From positions 17,665 to 81,664 of the forward strand of contig CAMAQZ010000001.1 of the NCBI GenBank assembly GCA_945860725.1: a stretch of 64,000 nt of DNA. The letters are read 5' to 3'. Origin of the DNA: Klebsiella pneumoniae (lineage in GTDB: Bacteria > Pseudomonadota > Gammaproteobacteria > Steroidobacterales > Steroidobacteraceae). Under the pieces are notes generated by a model that worked only from the letters and a program-made list of their open reading frames with translations, was not told where the DNA came from and did no database searches. The translations under genes and the position numbers were made by a program. Each line of letters starts with the position of its first letter. The stretch's first letter is position 1. Positions 22,326 through 31,865 of the stretch are shown piece after piece.

Positions 22326-24425
22326 TCAAAATTCGAGGCGTAGTCCGCCTGAGATGGCGCGGCCTGCCAGCGGAGCATAATCCTTCAGCGGCGAGACGTG
22401 GCGGCGTGCCTCCTCATCGAGCAGGTTGCTGCCGCGCAGGAACACCGACAACTCGGTGGCGCCCACGGGCTGCCGCCAGGACGCCTCGAGGTTCAGCATC
22501 GTGTAGCCCGCGGTACGCCGCTCGCCGTCGGCGATACGGTCCTGGCTATCGTGCCAGATGGCCTCGAGGCCGAGGCGCAGCCGCGCCCCGGTCAGCGAGG
22601 CCTCGGCGCCGAGGCGCAGCGTCGGGATCTGCGGCAGCGGCGTGCCGGCGCCGTCCTCGGCACGCACGAGATCGCCGAACAGGCGCAGACCGAGCGCACC
22701 CATGCCGGTCGAGGCGAGGGCGTCGTGGCTGATCTCGAATTCTGCGCCCGTGAAGCGTGCGTCGCGTGACTCGAACTCGATCACCGGCAACTCGTCCTCG
22801 ATCTCGCCGGTCGTCTGCGCGACGATGTAGCGATCATAGTCGCCGATGAAGACGCCGACGCTGCCGCGCCAGCCAGCGTCGCCGTTGAAGCGCAGCGCGA
22901 GGTCGGCGGTGAGGCCGCGCTCGGTGTCGAGGTCGGCAGCGCCGATCTCGTAGCGGCCCAAGGCGAGGTGCGGCCCGTCGGCGTAGAGCTCGGTGGCGGT
23001 CGGGTGTCGCTCTGAGCGTGTCAGTTGCAGCGCCAGCGTCGCGCCGGGGCGCAGCGCCCAGAGCGCCCCCACCGAGCCGCTGAGCGCGCTGCCCTCGTAG
23101 GTCGGCAGCGTGTCGGGATCGGCGGTACGGATGTGCTGCTTCTCATAGCGGGCTCCGGCCTCCAGTGTGACGGCGTCGATGCGGTGCTCCTGGAACGCGA
23201 AGAACCCGGTGTTGCGGGTCGCGGAGGGCGGCAGGAAGGCCTCCTCGCCTTCGGCATCGAAGTTGAGTTCGCGCCAGTGCAGCCCGAACACGCCGCGGCC
23301 CTGACCCACACCGTGCTCCGCAGTGAGGCGGAGCTCGTCGCCGACCTGCGCATAGCGCGTACCGATCGCACCGTCGCCCTCGATCTCCACATGTTCGTAG
23401 TCGTTGCGGGCAGCGCGCAGCCGCAGCGCATCCACCGCGCCGGAGGAGGGCGACCATTCCGCCACGGCGTCATATCGGCGCTGTGACATCTCGAGCCGCA
23501 CATCGGGCGGCTCACCCGGGGCTTCGCCGAGACCCGGCAGCCCGTACGTCGAGCCGTACTCGCTGACCGAGAAGCCATATCTTTGCCGCTCGCCGATCCA
23601 GGCGATTCCGAGGCTGCCGCCGTCGGCGCTGCCGTCGGAGTTGGTGAGGCGGTCGCGCGATTCACCGACCGGCTCGCCCTCGGCCTCGAAGTATTCTTTG
23701 GCAGCCTCGGTCCACGCGTAGCCCGGGATGCGCAGCTCATCGCTGCGGCTGTCGTGGATATCCGCGTAGACCTGCACCCGATCGCCGACCTTGGCGGCGG
23801 CATGGGCGCCCACCGCGCGCGTGTCGGCGGCGCTGTCGCCGCGCAGTTCGAGCGCTGCCGCGAACGGCCGGTCGAGCGCTTCGATCGGCAGACGTCGGGT
23901 CACCACGTTCACCGCACCGGCGGAGGCCGAATTGCCGAACAGCAGCGCGGCGGGACCGCGCACGACCTCGATACGCTCCGCGATCACCGGATCGAGCGTC
24001 ACGGCATGGTCTTCGGAGAGTGATGCGGCGTCGAGCACATCGGCGCCGTCCTGGAACACCTGCACGCGCAGGCCGCCCTGACCGCGGATGATGGGCCGGC
24101 TCGCGATCGGACCGAAGTTGCTCGCTGTGATCCCGGGCTCGTCCGCCAGTGCCTCGGCGATCGTGGTACTGCGCCGGCGCAGCAACTCGTCGCCGTCGAT
24201 GACGAGCACCGGCTGCGCGGTCTCGAGCACCGTGCGACGCAGCGGTGTGGCGGTGATCCGTACTTCCTCCAGGGTCGTCCGGGCGTCGGTCGTCGGCGTG
24301 GTCTCTGTGGCCGTGGTCCCCGTGGCCGTGGTCCCCGTGGTCTGAGCCGCAGCCAGCGCCGGTGCGGCGATCGCCAGCGCGGCAACCAGCGTGAAAAGGG
24401 GTCGGGTGGAGGTCGGGGTGCGCAT
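22326..24425 (-). CDS. TonB-dependent outer-membrane receptor
   Basis: Signal peptide, plug-domain motifs (VRITATPL.., IEVVRGPAALLFG) and a C-terminal ..GGLRLEF ending in Phe. Confidence 0.92.
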   Translation of the reverse strand: MRTPTSTRPLFTLVAALAIAAPALAAAQTTGTTATGTTATETTPTTDARTTLEEVRITATPLRRTVLETAQPVLVIDGDELLRRRSTTIAEALADEPGITASNFGPIASRPIIRGQGGLRVQVFQDGADVLDAASLSEDHAVTLDPVIAERIEVVRGPAALLFGNSASAGAVNVVTRRLPIEALDRPFAAALELRGDSAADTRAVGAHAAAKVGDRVQVYADIHDSRSDELRIPGYAWTEAAKEYFEAEGEPVGESRDRLTNSDGSADGGSLGIAWIGERQRYGFSVSEYGSTYGLPGLGEAPGEPPDVRLEMSQRRYDAVAEWSPSSGAVDALRLRAARNDYEHVEIEGDGAIGTRYAQVGDELRLTAEHGVGQGRGVFGLHWRELNFDAEGEEAFLPPSATRNTGFFAFQEHRIDAVTLEAGARYEKQHIRTADPDTLPTYEGSALSGSVGALWALRPGATLALQLTRSERHPTATELYADGPHLALGRYEIGAADLDTERGLTADLALRFNGDAGWRGSVGVFIGDYDRYIVAQTTGEIEDELPVIEFESRDARFTGAEFEISHDALASTGMGALGLRLFGDLVRAEDGAGTPLPQIPTLRLGAEASLTGARLRLGLEAIWHDSQDRIADGERRTAGYTMLNLEASWRQPVGATELSVFLRGSNLLDEEARRHVSPLKDYAPLAGRAISGGLRLEF
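24307..24341. repeat. In-frame tandem repeat (15-bp unit GTGGCCGTGGTCCCC x2 plus a partial copy) encoding the Thr-rich TGTTATGTTAT linker of the receptor
   Basis: Read directly. Confidence 0.8.
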
Positions 24426-24460
24426 CGAGCGGGCTCCAGTCGTGGGCGTAAAGGATGCTG

Positions 24461-24510
24461 GTACAGTAATACTATATCACTTATGAAGTTACTTTATAAC
24501 ATTAGCAGGA
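24461..24510. promoter_or_regulatory. AT-rich divergent promoter/operator region with Zur-box-like half sites
   Basis: TACAGTAATACTATATCACTTATGAAGTTACTTTATAACATTAGCAGG stands out as AT-rich. TATAACATT matches the right half of the remembered gammaproteobacterial Zur box (..TGTTATAwTATAACA..). On the minus strand GTGATATAGTATTAC overlaps a TATAGT -10-like hexamer. Confidence 0.4.
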
Positions 24511-24597
24511 TCGGTGCAACGTATCTCCTGTTCGCTTGCTGCGGTGCACAGGGCCGTGCGCATGGTTGTCCAACGATCGCTCACGGATAATCGGACG

Positions 24598-25599
24598 ATG
24601 AGACTCAGCCACGACAATCTCGGGGCGCACCTGCGGCAGGGGCGGCTCGCGCCGGTGTACCTGCTTGCGGGGGACGAGGACCTCCTCGTCGGCGAGGCCG
24701 CCGATGCGCTGCGGGCGGCCGCCCGTGCTGCCGGCTATGCGCAGCGCGAAGTCCATTTCCCTCAACGAGCCGATGATTGGTCCGATCTATCGGCAGCCAG
24801 CCAGTCGATGTCGTTGTTCGGCGATCGACGATTGGTCGAGGTGCGCTTCGGCGGCAAAGCGGGCAAGGAAGGCAGTGCCACGCTCGCGCGGCTCGCGCAG
24901 TCCACCGATGAGGATACCTTGCTGCTCGTCATCACACCGCGCTTGGACGGTGCCACGCAGGCCACGGCCTGGGTCAAGGCCATTGAGGCGCGTGGTGTCT
25001 TTTTACCGATCTACGAGATCGGTGCGCGGCAGTTGGAGGGTTGGCTCGAGGCGCGCTGCCGCCGCGCGGGTTTGGAGCCCACTGCGGATGCGCTGGCGTT
25101 GCTCGCGGCGCGTGTCGAGGGCAATCTGCTCGCCGCGCAGCAGGAGATCGAGAAGCTGCGCCTGTTGTTGCCTGCGGGTCGCGTCGATGCGGCAGCGATC
25201 CTCGAGGCGGTCGTCTCGAGCGCCCGCTACGATGTCTTCGGTCTCGGTGAGGCGCTGCTCGCCGGTGATGCGGTCCGCGCGCAACGCATCGTCGGCGGTC
25301 TGCGCGGTGAGGGGGTCGAGGCCACGCTCGTGTTGTGGTCTGTGGTACGCGAGTTGCGCGAGATGTGGGCGCTGCGCCGCGGCGATGACCCGTCGCGGCG
25401 TCCCGGCCCGCGACTGCCGCCGCCGCGACTCGCGGCGCTCGAGCGTGCGCGTCCGCGTGCGGCGCGCTTGCCCTATGCGCGGCTTGCGTCGCGCGCTTTG
25501 CGGGCCGATCGCATGATCAAGGGCCGGCTTGCCGGCGATCCTTGGGATGAGCTCGCGCTGCTCTGCGCCGAGGCCTGCGGGCTGAGACCGCTGCGATGA
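24598..25599 (+). CDS. holA: DNA polymerase III delta subunit
   Basis: MRLSHDNLGAHLRQGRLAPVYLLAGDEDLLVGEA.. Start at Met29 of the track ORF. Followed by nadD as in the conserved cluster. Confidence 0.88.
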   Translation: MRLSHDNLGAHLRQGRLAPVYLLAGDEDLLVGEAADALRAAARAAGYAQREVHFPQRADDWSDLSAASQSMSLFGDRRLVEVRFGGKAGKEGSATLARLAQSTDEDTLLLVITPRLDGATQATAWVKAIEARGVFLPIYEIGARQLEGWLEARCRRAGLEPTADALALLAARVEGNLLAAQQEIEKLRLLLPAGRVDAAAILEAVVSSARYDVFGLGEALLAGDAVRAQRIVGGLRGEGVEATLVLWSVVRELREMWALRRGDDPSRRPGPRLPPPRLAALERARPRAARLPYARLASRALRADRMIKGRLAGDPWDELALLCAEACGLRPLR

Positions 25600-26261
25600 G
25601 CAGCCTGGCGCTCGACGCCCGTCCGATCGGGATCTTTGGCGGCACTTTTGATCCGATCCACCTCGGCCATCTGCGTACCGGTTTCGAACTCCTGCAATCG
25701 CTACAGTTGAGCGAGCTGCGTTGGATCCCGGTTGGCAATCCGGGTCACCGCGAGCCGCCGCTCGCGGCGGCGGCGCTGCGCCTCGAGATGGTGCGGGTGG
25801 CGATCGCCGGACAGCCCGGGTTCGTGCTCGATGAGCGGGAAGTGCGCCGCAGCGGCGTGTCCTACACCGTCGATACCTTGGAGGAACTGCGTGCCGAACA
25901 CCCGGCTCGGCCGCTCTGTCTCGTGCTCGGCATGGATGCCTTTCTCGGTCTCACCGCTTGGCGCCGATGGTCCGACATCCTCACGCTTGCGCATCTCGTT
26001 GTCGCGCATCGACCGGGTTGGCAGCAGCCAGGGCAGGGCCCGCTGCGCGATCTGCTGGAGGAGCGCGGCACGACCCATGCCACAGACCTGCATGCCGCGC
26101 TCGCGGGACGTATCTATGTACACGCGGTCACGCAGCTCGAGATTTCCTCGACCGGTCTGCGCGACATCATCACCGCTGGCCGCGATCCGCGTTTTCTCGT
26201 GCCAGAACCTGTGCGCGCCATCATCCGCGAGACGGGGTGCTATGCTACACAGGCCGATTAA
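25596..26261 (+). CDS. nadD: Nicotinate-nucleotide adenylyltransferase
   Basis: GIFGGTFDPIHLGHL motif and ISSTGLR. Confidence 0.93.
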   Translation: MSSLALDARPIGIFGGTFDPIHLGHLRTGFELLQSLQLSELRWIPVGNPGHREPPLAAAALRLEMVRVAIAGQPGFVLDEREVRRSGVSYTVDTLEELRAEHPARPLCLVLGMDAFLGLTAWRRWSDILTLAHLVVAHRPGWQQPGQGPLRDLLEERGTTHATDLHAALAGRIYVHAVTQLEISSTGLRDIITAGRDPRFLVPEPVRAIIRETGCYATQAD

Positions 26262-26297
26262 GGCTTTATTCTTCGCTACGGAGCCCAGCCCCGCACC

Positions 26298-26873
26298 ATG
26301 AGCAGCCGCCCCCGCCCCGCCGTCCGTCGTCGTCCCCCTACCGGACTGCCCGCCGCCCTGTCTGTGGCCGAGGCCGCGCTCGCCGACATGAAAGCGGTCG
26401 ATGTGCGTGTCATAGACGTGCGCGGCTTCAACGACATCGCCGATTTCATGGTGCTCGCGAGCGGTACATCGGACCGCCACCTGCGCGCCATCGCCGACCG
26501 GGTGGTGCAGATGGCGAAGGCCTCCGGCCAACGCCCGCTCGGGGTCGAGGGTGAGGCGCAAGGCGAGTGGGTGCTCGTCGACCTGCCCGATGTCATGGTG
26601 CATGTCATGCTGCCCCGCACCCGCGAGTTCTATCAGCTCGAGCAGTTGTGGGAGCCCGTGCGGCCGCCGGTCACGGCGCAAGCCGCCGGCGTCAAGAAAG
26701 CCCCGCCCGGCAAGAAGGCCGCGGGTGGCAAGAAGGCCGCGGGCGGCAAGAAAGCCGCCGGCGCCAAAAAGACCTCGAGCGGCTCGGTCGCCAAGCCACG
26801 CGCGCCCCGTAAATCCGCTGCAAGCAGCCGGCCGCGCGCGGCGGCTCCACGCCGTCGCCCCAAGGGCGGTTGA
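26298..26873 (+). CDS. rsfS: Ribosomal silencing factor RsfS with a ~70-aa Lys/Ala/Gly/Pro/Arg-rich C-terminal extension
   Basis: The core ..DVRGFNDIADFMVLASGTSDRHLRAIADRV..WVLVDLPDVMVHVMLPRTREFYQLEQLW is RsfS/iojap. The tail is GVKKAPPGKKAAGGKKAAGGKKAAGAKK.. Confidence 0.88.
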   Translation: MSSRPRPAVRRRPPTGLPAALSVAEAALADMKAVDVRVIDVRGFNDIADFMVLASGTSDRHLRAIADRVVQMAKASGQRPLGVEGEAQGEWVLVDLPDVMVHVMLPRTREFYQLEQLWEPVRPPVTAQAAGVKKAPPGKKAAGGKKAAGGKKAAGAKKTSSGSVAKPRAPRKSAASSRPRAAAPRRRPKGG

Positions 26874-26892
26874 GGCTACGGCCCAGGGCGCC

Positions 26893-27360
26893 ATGCGCCT
26901 ACGCATCCTGGCAGTCGGTGCCCGTCAGCCCGAATGGGTCGATGCCGCAACGCAGGGTTACCTGCGCCGTATCCGTACGCCCTGGCGGTTGGAACTCGTC
27001 GCCCTCGAGCTGGCGCCCCGCGGTGCGCGTGGTGCGGCGGATGCGGTGCGTCGTGAGGGCGAACGCGTGCTTGCGGCGTTGCGCGACCGCGAGCGCGTCG
27101 TGTTGCTCGATGAGAGCGGCAAGTCCCTCACCACCCGCGAGCTCGCGGGGCGGTTCGCAGCGCTCGCCGGCGAAGCACCCGATGTGGCGCTGCTCATCGG
27201 CGGACCGGATGGCCACGCGCCTGCCGTTCGCAGCCGTGCTGCCGAGGTGTGGTCGCTCTCGAAGCTCACCTTGCCGCATGGTCTGGCGCGCGTGCTGCTC
27301 GTCGAGCAGGTCTACCGCGCCCAGAGCCTGTTGCTGGGCCACCCCTATCACCGCGACTGA
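26893..27360 (+). CDS. rlmH: 23S rRNA (pseudouridine1915-N3)-methyltransferase
   Basis: MRLRILAVGARQPEWV.. and LIGGPDGHAP..LSLSKLTLPHGLARVLLVEQVYRA. In frame with track ORF 26551..27360. Confidence 0.9.
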   Translation: MRLRILAVGARQPEWVDAATQGYLRRIRTPWRLELVALELAPRGARGAADAVRREGERVLAALRDRERVVLLDESGKSLTTRELAGRFAALAGEAPDVALLIGGPDGHAPAVRSRAAEVWSLSKLTLPHGLARVLLVEQVYRAQSLLLGHPYHRD

Positions 27361-27378
27361 GCCGCACCGATCGCCTCT

Positions 27379-28065
27379 ATGACCCACAACCCTTCAGCCC
27401 ACACCCGCCCCGACGACGCTGCCGCTGAGGTCCCGATCCTCTGCCTCGCCTCGGCTTCGCCGCGCCGCAGCGAACTGCTGCGTCAGATCGGCGTGCCGCA
27501 TTGCATCCAACCCGCCGACCTCGACGAGTCGCGGCAGGCCGGGGAGGCGCCGGCGGCTTACGTGACACGCTTGGCCAAAGAAAAATCCTCGGCGGTCCTG
27601 GCCGCGCGTGCGGCGGCGGGTGCGGCGCCGTTGCCCGTGCTCGGCGCCGATACCACGGTCGTCATCGACGGTGTGGTGCTCGGCAAGCCCGAGGACGAGG
27701 CGGCGCTCGAAGCGATGCTGGCCCGCCTCGGCGGCCGTGAACACGAAGTGTTCTCGGCGGTCGCGTTGGCGCTGCCGTCGCCGCCCGGCGTCGAGGCGTT
27801 GCAGGATGTCCCGTCCACGGCACTGGTCTGCGCGCTGTCGCGTACGAAGGTGCGGTTCCGGTCGATCACCCCGCTTGAGGTCGCGGCCTATTGGGCGAGC
27901 GGTGAGCCGTGCGACAAAGCCGGCGGCTACGCCATCCAGGGTCTCGGTGCGGTGTTCGTGCAGTCCATCGACGGCAGTTTCTCAGGGGTCGTCGGGCTGC
28001 CGCTCGCTGAGACCTCGCAGTTGTTGCGTGCGGCCGGCTTGCCGCTCTGGGAGGGTGCCGCATGA
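27379..28065 (+). CDS. maf: Maf-like nucleoside triphosphate pyrophosphatase
   Basis: LCLASASPRRSELLRQIGV and GADTVVVIDGVVLGKP..KAGGYAIQG. Confidence 0.9.
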   Translation: MTHNPSAHTRPDDAAAEVPILCLASASPRRSELLRQIGVPHCIQPADLDESRQAGEAPAAYVTRLAKEKSSAVLAARAAAGAAPLPVLGADTTVVIDGVVLGKPEDEAALEAMLARLGGREHEVFSAVALALPSPPGVEALQDVPSTALVCALSRTKVRFRSITPLEVAAYWASGEPCDKAGGYAIQGLGAVFVQSIDGSFSGVVGLPLAETSQLLRAAGLPLWEGAA

Positions 28066-29561
28066 GCATCGAGCTGCTGGTGAACACCACGCCGCTCGAG
28101 ACGCGGGTCGCGTTGCTCGAGGGCGGCGTGCTGCAGGAGATCTTCATCGAGCGGGCGAGCCGGCGGGGGCTGGTCGGCAATCTCTACAAAGGGCGCATCA
28201 CCCGGGTGTTGCCCGGTATGCAGGCCGCGTTCGTCGAGGTGGGCCTCGCGCGGAGCGCCTTCCTCCATGCCGACGACATCGTCATCGATGATGCCCGGCG
28301 TGCTGCCTTGGGCATCGCTTCGGGCGATGGATCGGACGATCCGGCGAGCCGGCCCGGGATCGACATCCGCCGGCTCGTCGACCCGGGCGATGATCTCTTG
28401 GTCCAGGTGGTGAAAGACCCCTTGGGCACCAAGGGCGCACGCCTGACCACTTTCGTGACCCTGCCCGCGCGCTATCTCGTGTTCATGCCGCGTGGCCGGG
28501 GCATCGGTATCTCCTCGCGCATCGAGGACGAGACTGAGCGTGCGCGGCTGCGCGCAATGGTGCAGTCGCTGGTCGCGGACGGGCACCCCGGCGGGTACAT
28601 CTTGCGCACCGCTGCCGAAGGCGTCGACACGGCAGCGCTCGCCGTCGACCTTGAGTACCTCGAGCGGCTCTGGCGGCAGGTGCGCGAGCGGCACCTGCGG
28701 GCGACACCCGGCGCGCTCGTACACGAGGATCTGCCGTTGGCGCGACGGGTGCTGCGCGATGAGCTCGCCCGCGGTGTCGAGCAGGTCTGGGTCGACGATG
28801 CCGCCGAGCTCGGTGAGCTGCGGCAGTTCGTCGGCGAGTTGCTGCCCGACGGCGCGCCGAGCCTCGGCTTGCATGCCGCGGTACGACCTCTCTTCGACCT
28901 CTTCGGCATCGAAGCCGAGATCGCCCGTGCGCTCGAGCGGCAGGTGCCGCTGCCCTCTGGCGGCCATCTTGTCATCGACCAGACCGAATCGATGACCACC
29001 ATCGATGTGAACACCGGCGCTTTCGTCGGACACATCGGTCTCGAAGATACGATCTTCCGCACCAACCTCGAGGCCGCGACAGCGATCGCACGCCAGCTGC
29101 GGCTGCGCAACCTCGGCGGTATCATCATCGTTGATTTCATCGACATGCAGGACGAGGCGCATCGTGCGCAGCTGCTGACGGCGCTGCGTGCGGCGCTGGG
29201 GGGCGACCACGCGAAGACCTCGGTGGGAGGGATTTCGCCGCTCGGGCTCGTGGAGATGACCCGCAAGCGCACCCGTGAGAGCCTCGAGCGCCAGTTGTGT
29301 GATCCCTGTCCGGCGTGTCAGGGCCGCGGCTGGGTGCGCTCGGTGGAGACGGTCTGCCGCGACATCTTCCGCGAGATCCGCCGTCAGGCACCCGTGTCCG
29401 CGGGAGCGGGCTGGCTGGTGCTCGCGCATCAGGAGGTCGTCGCCCGGCTGCTCGGCGAGGCGGCGGGACTCGCCGGACTCGAGGCGGCGGCGGGGCGGCC
29501 GGTCCGCCTGCAGGCCGAGTCTTCGTACGCCCTGGACCGGTATGATGTGATCGCATTATGA
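28062..29561 (+). CDS. rng: Ribonuclease G
   Basis: S1 domain GNLYKGRITRVLPGMQAAFVEVG and RNase E/G catalytic region. 499 aa. Confidence 0.93.
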   Translation: MSIELLVNTTPLETRVALLEGGVLQEIFIERASRRGLVGNLYKGRITRVLPGMQAAFVEVGLARSAFLHADDIVIDDARRAALGIASGDGSDDPASRPGIDIRRLVDPGDDLLVQVVKDPLGTKGARLTTFVTLPARYLVFMPRGRGIGISSRIEDETERARLRAMVQSLVADGHPGGYILRTAAEGVDTAALAVDLEYLERLWRQVRERHLRATPGALVHEDLPLARRVLRDELARGVEQVWVDDAAELGELRQFVGELLPDGAPSLGLHAAVRPLFDLFGIEAEIARALERQVPLPSGGHLVIDQTESMTTIDVNTGAFVGHIGLEDTIFRTNLEAATAIARQLRLRNLGGIIIVDFIDMQDEAHRAQLLTALRAALGGDHAKTSVGGISPLGLVEMTRKRTRESLERQLCDPCPACQGRGWVRSVETVCRDIFREIRRQAPVSAGAGWLVLAHQEVVARLLGEAAGLAGLEAAAGRPVRLQAESSYALDRYDVIAL

Positions 29562-30364
29562 CTGTCGCCGCCCTCCAGATGACCTCCGGAACGGATGCCG
29601 GCACCAATGTCGCGACCGCCCGTCGGTTGTTGGCTGAGGCGGCGGCGTCGGGCGCCCGTGTCGCGGTGTTGCCCGAGAACTTCGCGCTCATGGCGCGCGA
29701 TGCGACCGAGCGTCGTGCGATCGCCGAGACCCATGGCGACGGCCCGATCCAGACCGCGATGTCGACGGCTGCGCGCGAGCTCGGGTTATGGGTGATCGCG
29801 GGCACGCTGCCCTTGCGGCTGCCCGGTGAGCCACGCTTCGCGCAGGCGCTTCTCGTCTACGACGACACGGGTCGCGAGGTGGCTCGCTACGACAAGATCC
29901 ATCTCTTTGATGTCGATGTGCCAGGCGCGGGCGAGAGCCACCGCGAGTCGGCGTCGATGTGCCCGGGGCAGAAGGTCGTCAGCGTCGACACGCCGGTCGG
30001 CCGGCTCGGCCTCGCCATCTGCTACGACCTGCGTTTCCCCGAACTCTTCCGGCAGCTCTCGGCCGCGGGCGCGACCTGGTTCGTGCTCCCGGCGGCGTTC
30101 ACCGTGCCCACCGGCCGCGCGCACTGGGAGGTGCTGTTGCGGGCGCGGGCGATCGAGAACCTCGCGGGGATGGTGGCGGCCGGTCAATGGGGTCATCATG
30201 ACAACGGTCGCGAGACCTACGGTGACAGCCTCGTCATCAACCACTGGGGCGAGGTGCTGGCGCGCCGCGCCGCGGGCGAGGGCGTGGTGATCGCGACATT
30301 CGATGCCGCCGCGCAGCGCGCGGCGCGTGCCGCGTTCCCGGCGCTCGCCCACCGCGTTCTTTGA
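29558..30364 (+). CDS. Carbon-nitrogen hydrolase family protein (Nit / omega-amidase-like)
   Basis: [16 protein letters not shown] and [13 protein letters not shown] (Glu-Lys-Cys triad context). Confidence 0.85.
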   Translation: MTVAALQMTSGTDAGTNVATARRLLAEAAASGARVAVLPENFALMARDATERRAIAETHGDGPIQTAMSTAARELGLWVIAGTLPLRLPGEPRFAQALLVYDDTGREVARYDKIHLFDVDVPGAGESHRESASMCPGQKVVSVDTPVGRLGLAICYDLRFPELFRQLSAAGATWFVLPAAFTVPTGRAHWEVLLRARAIENLAGMVAAGQWGHHDNGRETYGDSLVINHWGEVLARRAAGEGVVIATFDAAAQRAARAAFPALAHRVL

Positions 30365-30386
30365 CCTCCCGGAGACCTTCATCCCG

Positions 30387-31865
30387 ATGATCCGCAGCGA
30401 AACATCCGTCCCGTCCCGACCTGTCGGCGAGGATCCGCTCGCGCTCGCGGAGGAACTGCTGTTGCGGCCGGCAGGCCTCGACATCGCGCATCTCGAGCGA
30501 ACGCTCGGCTACGTGCTCGCCGGGGGTGTCGATGCCGCCGACCTCTACTTCCAGCTGTCGCGCGATGAGGGCTGGTCTTTGGAGGATGGCATCGTCAAGG
30601 AAGGCAGCGCGAGTATCGAGCAAGGCTTCGGTGTGCGGGCGTTGTCCGGTGAGAAGACCGGTTTCGCCTATTCGGATGAGATCCTGCCGGAAGCGCTTGC
30701 CGAGGCCGCGCGTGCGGCGCGGGCGATCGCCGCAGGCGGGCGCGACGGGCGTGCGCCGGTGTTGCGGCGCACACAAGGACATGCGCTCTATCCCGCGATC
30801 GATCCGGTCGGCTCACTCTCCGACGACGACAAAGTGCGGTGGCTCGAGCGGGTCGACCGTGAGACGCGCCGCGTCGACCCGCGCATCGTCCAGGTGATGG
30901 CATCGGTCTCGACCTCCTGGGATCTGGTGCTGATCGCCGATGGCGAGGGGACGCTCGCCGCCGATGTGCGGCCTTTGGTGCGCTTCAACGTCTCGGTGAT
31001 CGCCGAACAGGACGGGCGACGCGAGACTGGATTCGCCGGCATGGGCGGTCGCTATTCATTGACCGAGCTGGTCGCGGGCGATCGGCCGCTCACACTCGGC
31101 CGAGAGGCGGCCCGTCAGGCCTTGGTGAACCTCGCCGCCGTACCCGCACCGGCGGGCTCGATGACCGTGGTGCTTGGCGCCGGTTGGCCCGGCATCTTGC
31201 TGCACGAGGCCATCGGTCATGGTCTCGAAGGCGACTTCAACCGCAAGGGTACCTCGGCGTTCAGCGGCCGTATCGGCGAGCGTGTCGCTACGCCGCTCTG
31301 CACGGTGGTCGACGACGGCACCCTGTCCTCGCGCCGTGGTTCGCTCAACATCGACGACGAAGGCACGCCGACACGCTGCACGACGCTGATCGAGGACGGT
31401 ATCCTCAAGGGCTATCTGCAGGACAAGCTCAACGCGCGCCTGATGGGTACACACTCCACCGGTAACGGACGGCGCGAGTCCTTCGCCAACCTCACGCTGC
31501 CGCGCATGACGAACACCTACATGCGTGCAGGGCCGCACGATCCGCAGGAGATCATCGCCTCGGTCGAGCGCGGCATTTATGCGGTCAACTTCGGTGGTGG
31601 CCAGGTCGACATCACCTCCGGCAAGTTCGTGTTCTCGGCCGCCGAGGCCTACCTCATCGAGAACGGCCGCATCGGCGCACCGATCAAGGGCGCGACGCTG
31701 GTCGGCAACGGCCCCGATGTGCTCACCCGCGTGTCCATGGTTGGCAACGACCTCAAACTCGATGACGGTATCGGTACCTGCGGCAAAGAAGGCCAGAGCG
31801 TACCGGTCGGAGTCGGTCAGCCGACGCTGCGGGTCGATGGTCTGACGGTCGGCGGGACGGGCTGA
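30387..31865 (+). CDS. tldD: Metalloprotease TldD
   Basis: [24 protein letters not shown] motif. Start at Met29 of the track ORF. Confidence 0.93.
   Translation: MIRSETSVPSRPVGEDPLALAEELLLRPAGLDIAHLERTLGYVLAGGVDAADLYFQLSRDEGWSLEDGIVKEGSASIEQGFGVRALSGEKTGFAYSDEILPEALAEAARAARAIAAGGRDGRAPVLRRTQGHALYPAIDPVGSLSDDDKVRWLERVDRETRRVDPRIVQVMASVSTSWDLVLIADGEGTLAADVRPLVRFNVSVIAEQDGRRETGFAGMGGRYSLTELVAGDRPLTLGREAARQALVNLAAVPAPAGSMTVVLGAGWPGILLHEAIGHGLEGDFNRKGTSAFSGRIGERVATPLCTVVDDGTLSSRRGSLNIDDEGTPTRCTTLIEDGILKGYLQDKLNARLMGTHSTGNGRRESFANLTLPRMTNTYMRAGPHDPQEIIASVERGIYAVNFGGGQVDITSGKFVFSAAEAYLIENGRIGAPIKGATLVGNGPDVLTRVSMVGNDLKLDDGIGTCGKEGQSVPVGVGQPTLRVDGLTVGGTG

Noticed and set aside
22326-24425. Looked for His-rich extracellular loops that would mark the receptor as a ZnuD-type zinc receptor.
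   Set aside because: No His clusters are seen. The zinc assignment rests on gene context only, so the receptor is called generically.
17349-24597. Considered calling the lptE-holA insert a mobile genomic island.
   Set aside because: It has no integrase, transposase or recombinase, no flanking direct or inverted repeats, and no tRNA at the border. Composition is indistinguishable by eye from the flanks.
27927-29429. 500-aa ORF antisense to rng. Similar cases are 6682..7935, 8426..9562, 10597..11532, 33827..34951 and 57454..58665.
   Set aside because: All are nested antisense to clearly identified genes and show no family motifs. I treat them as GC-driven artefacts.
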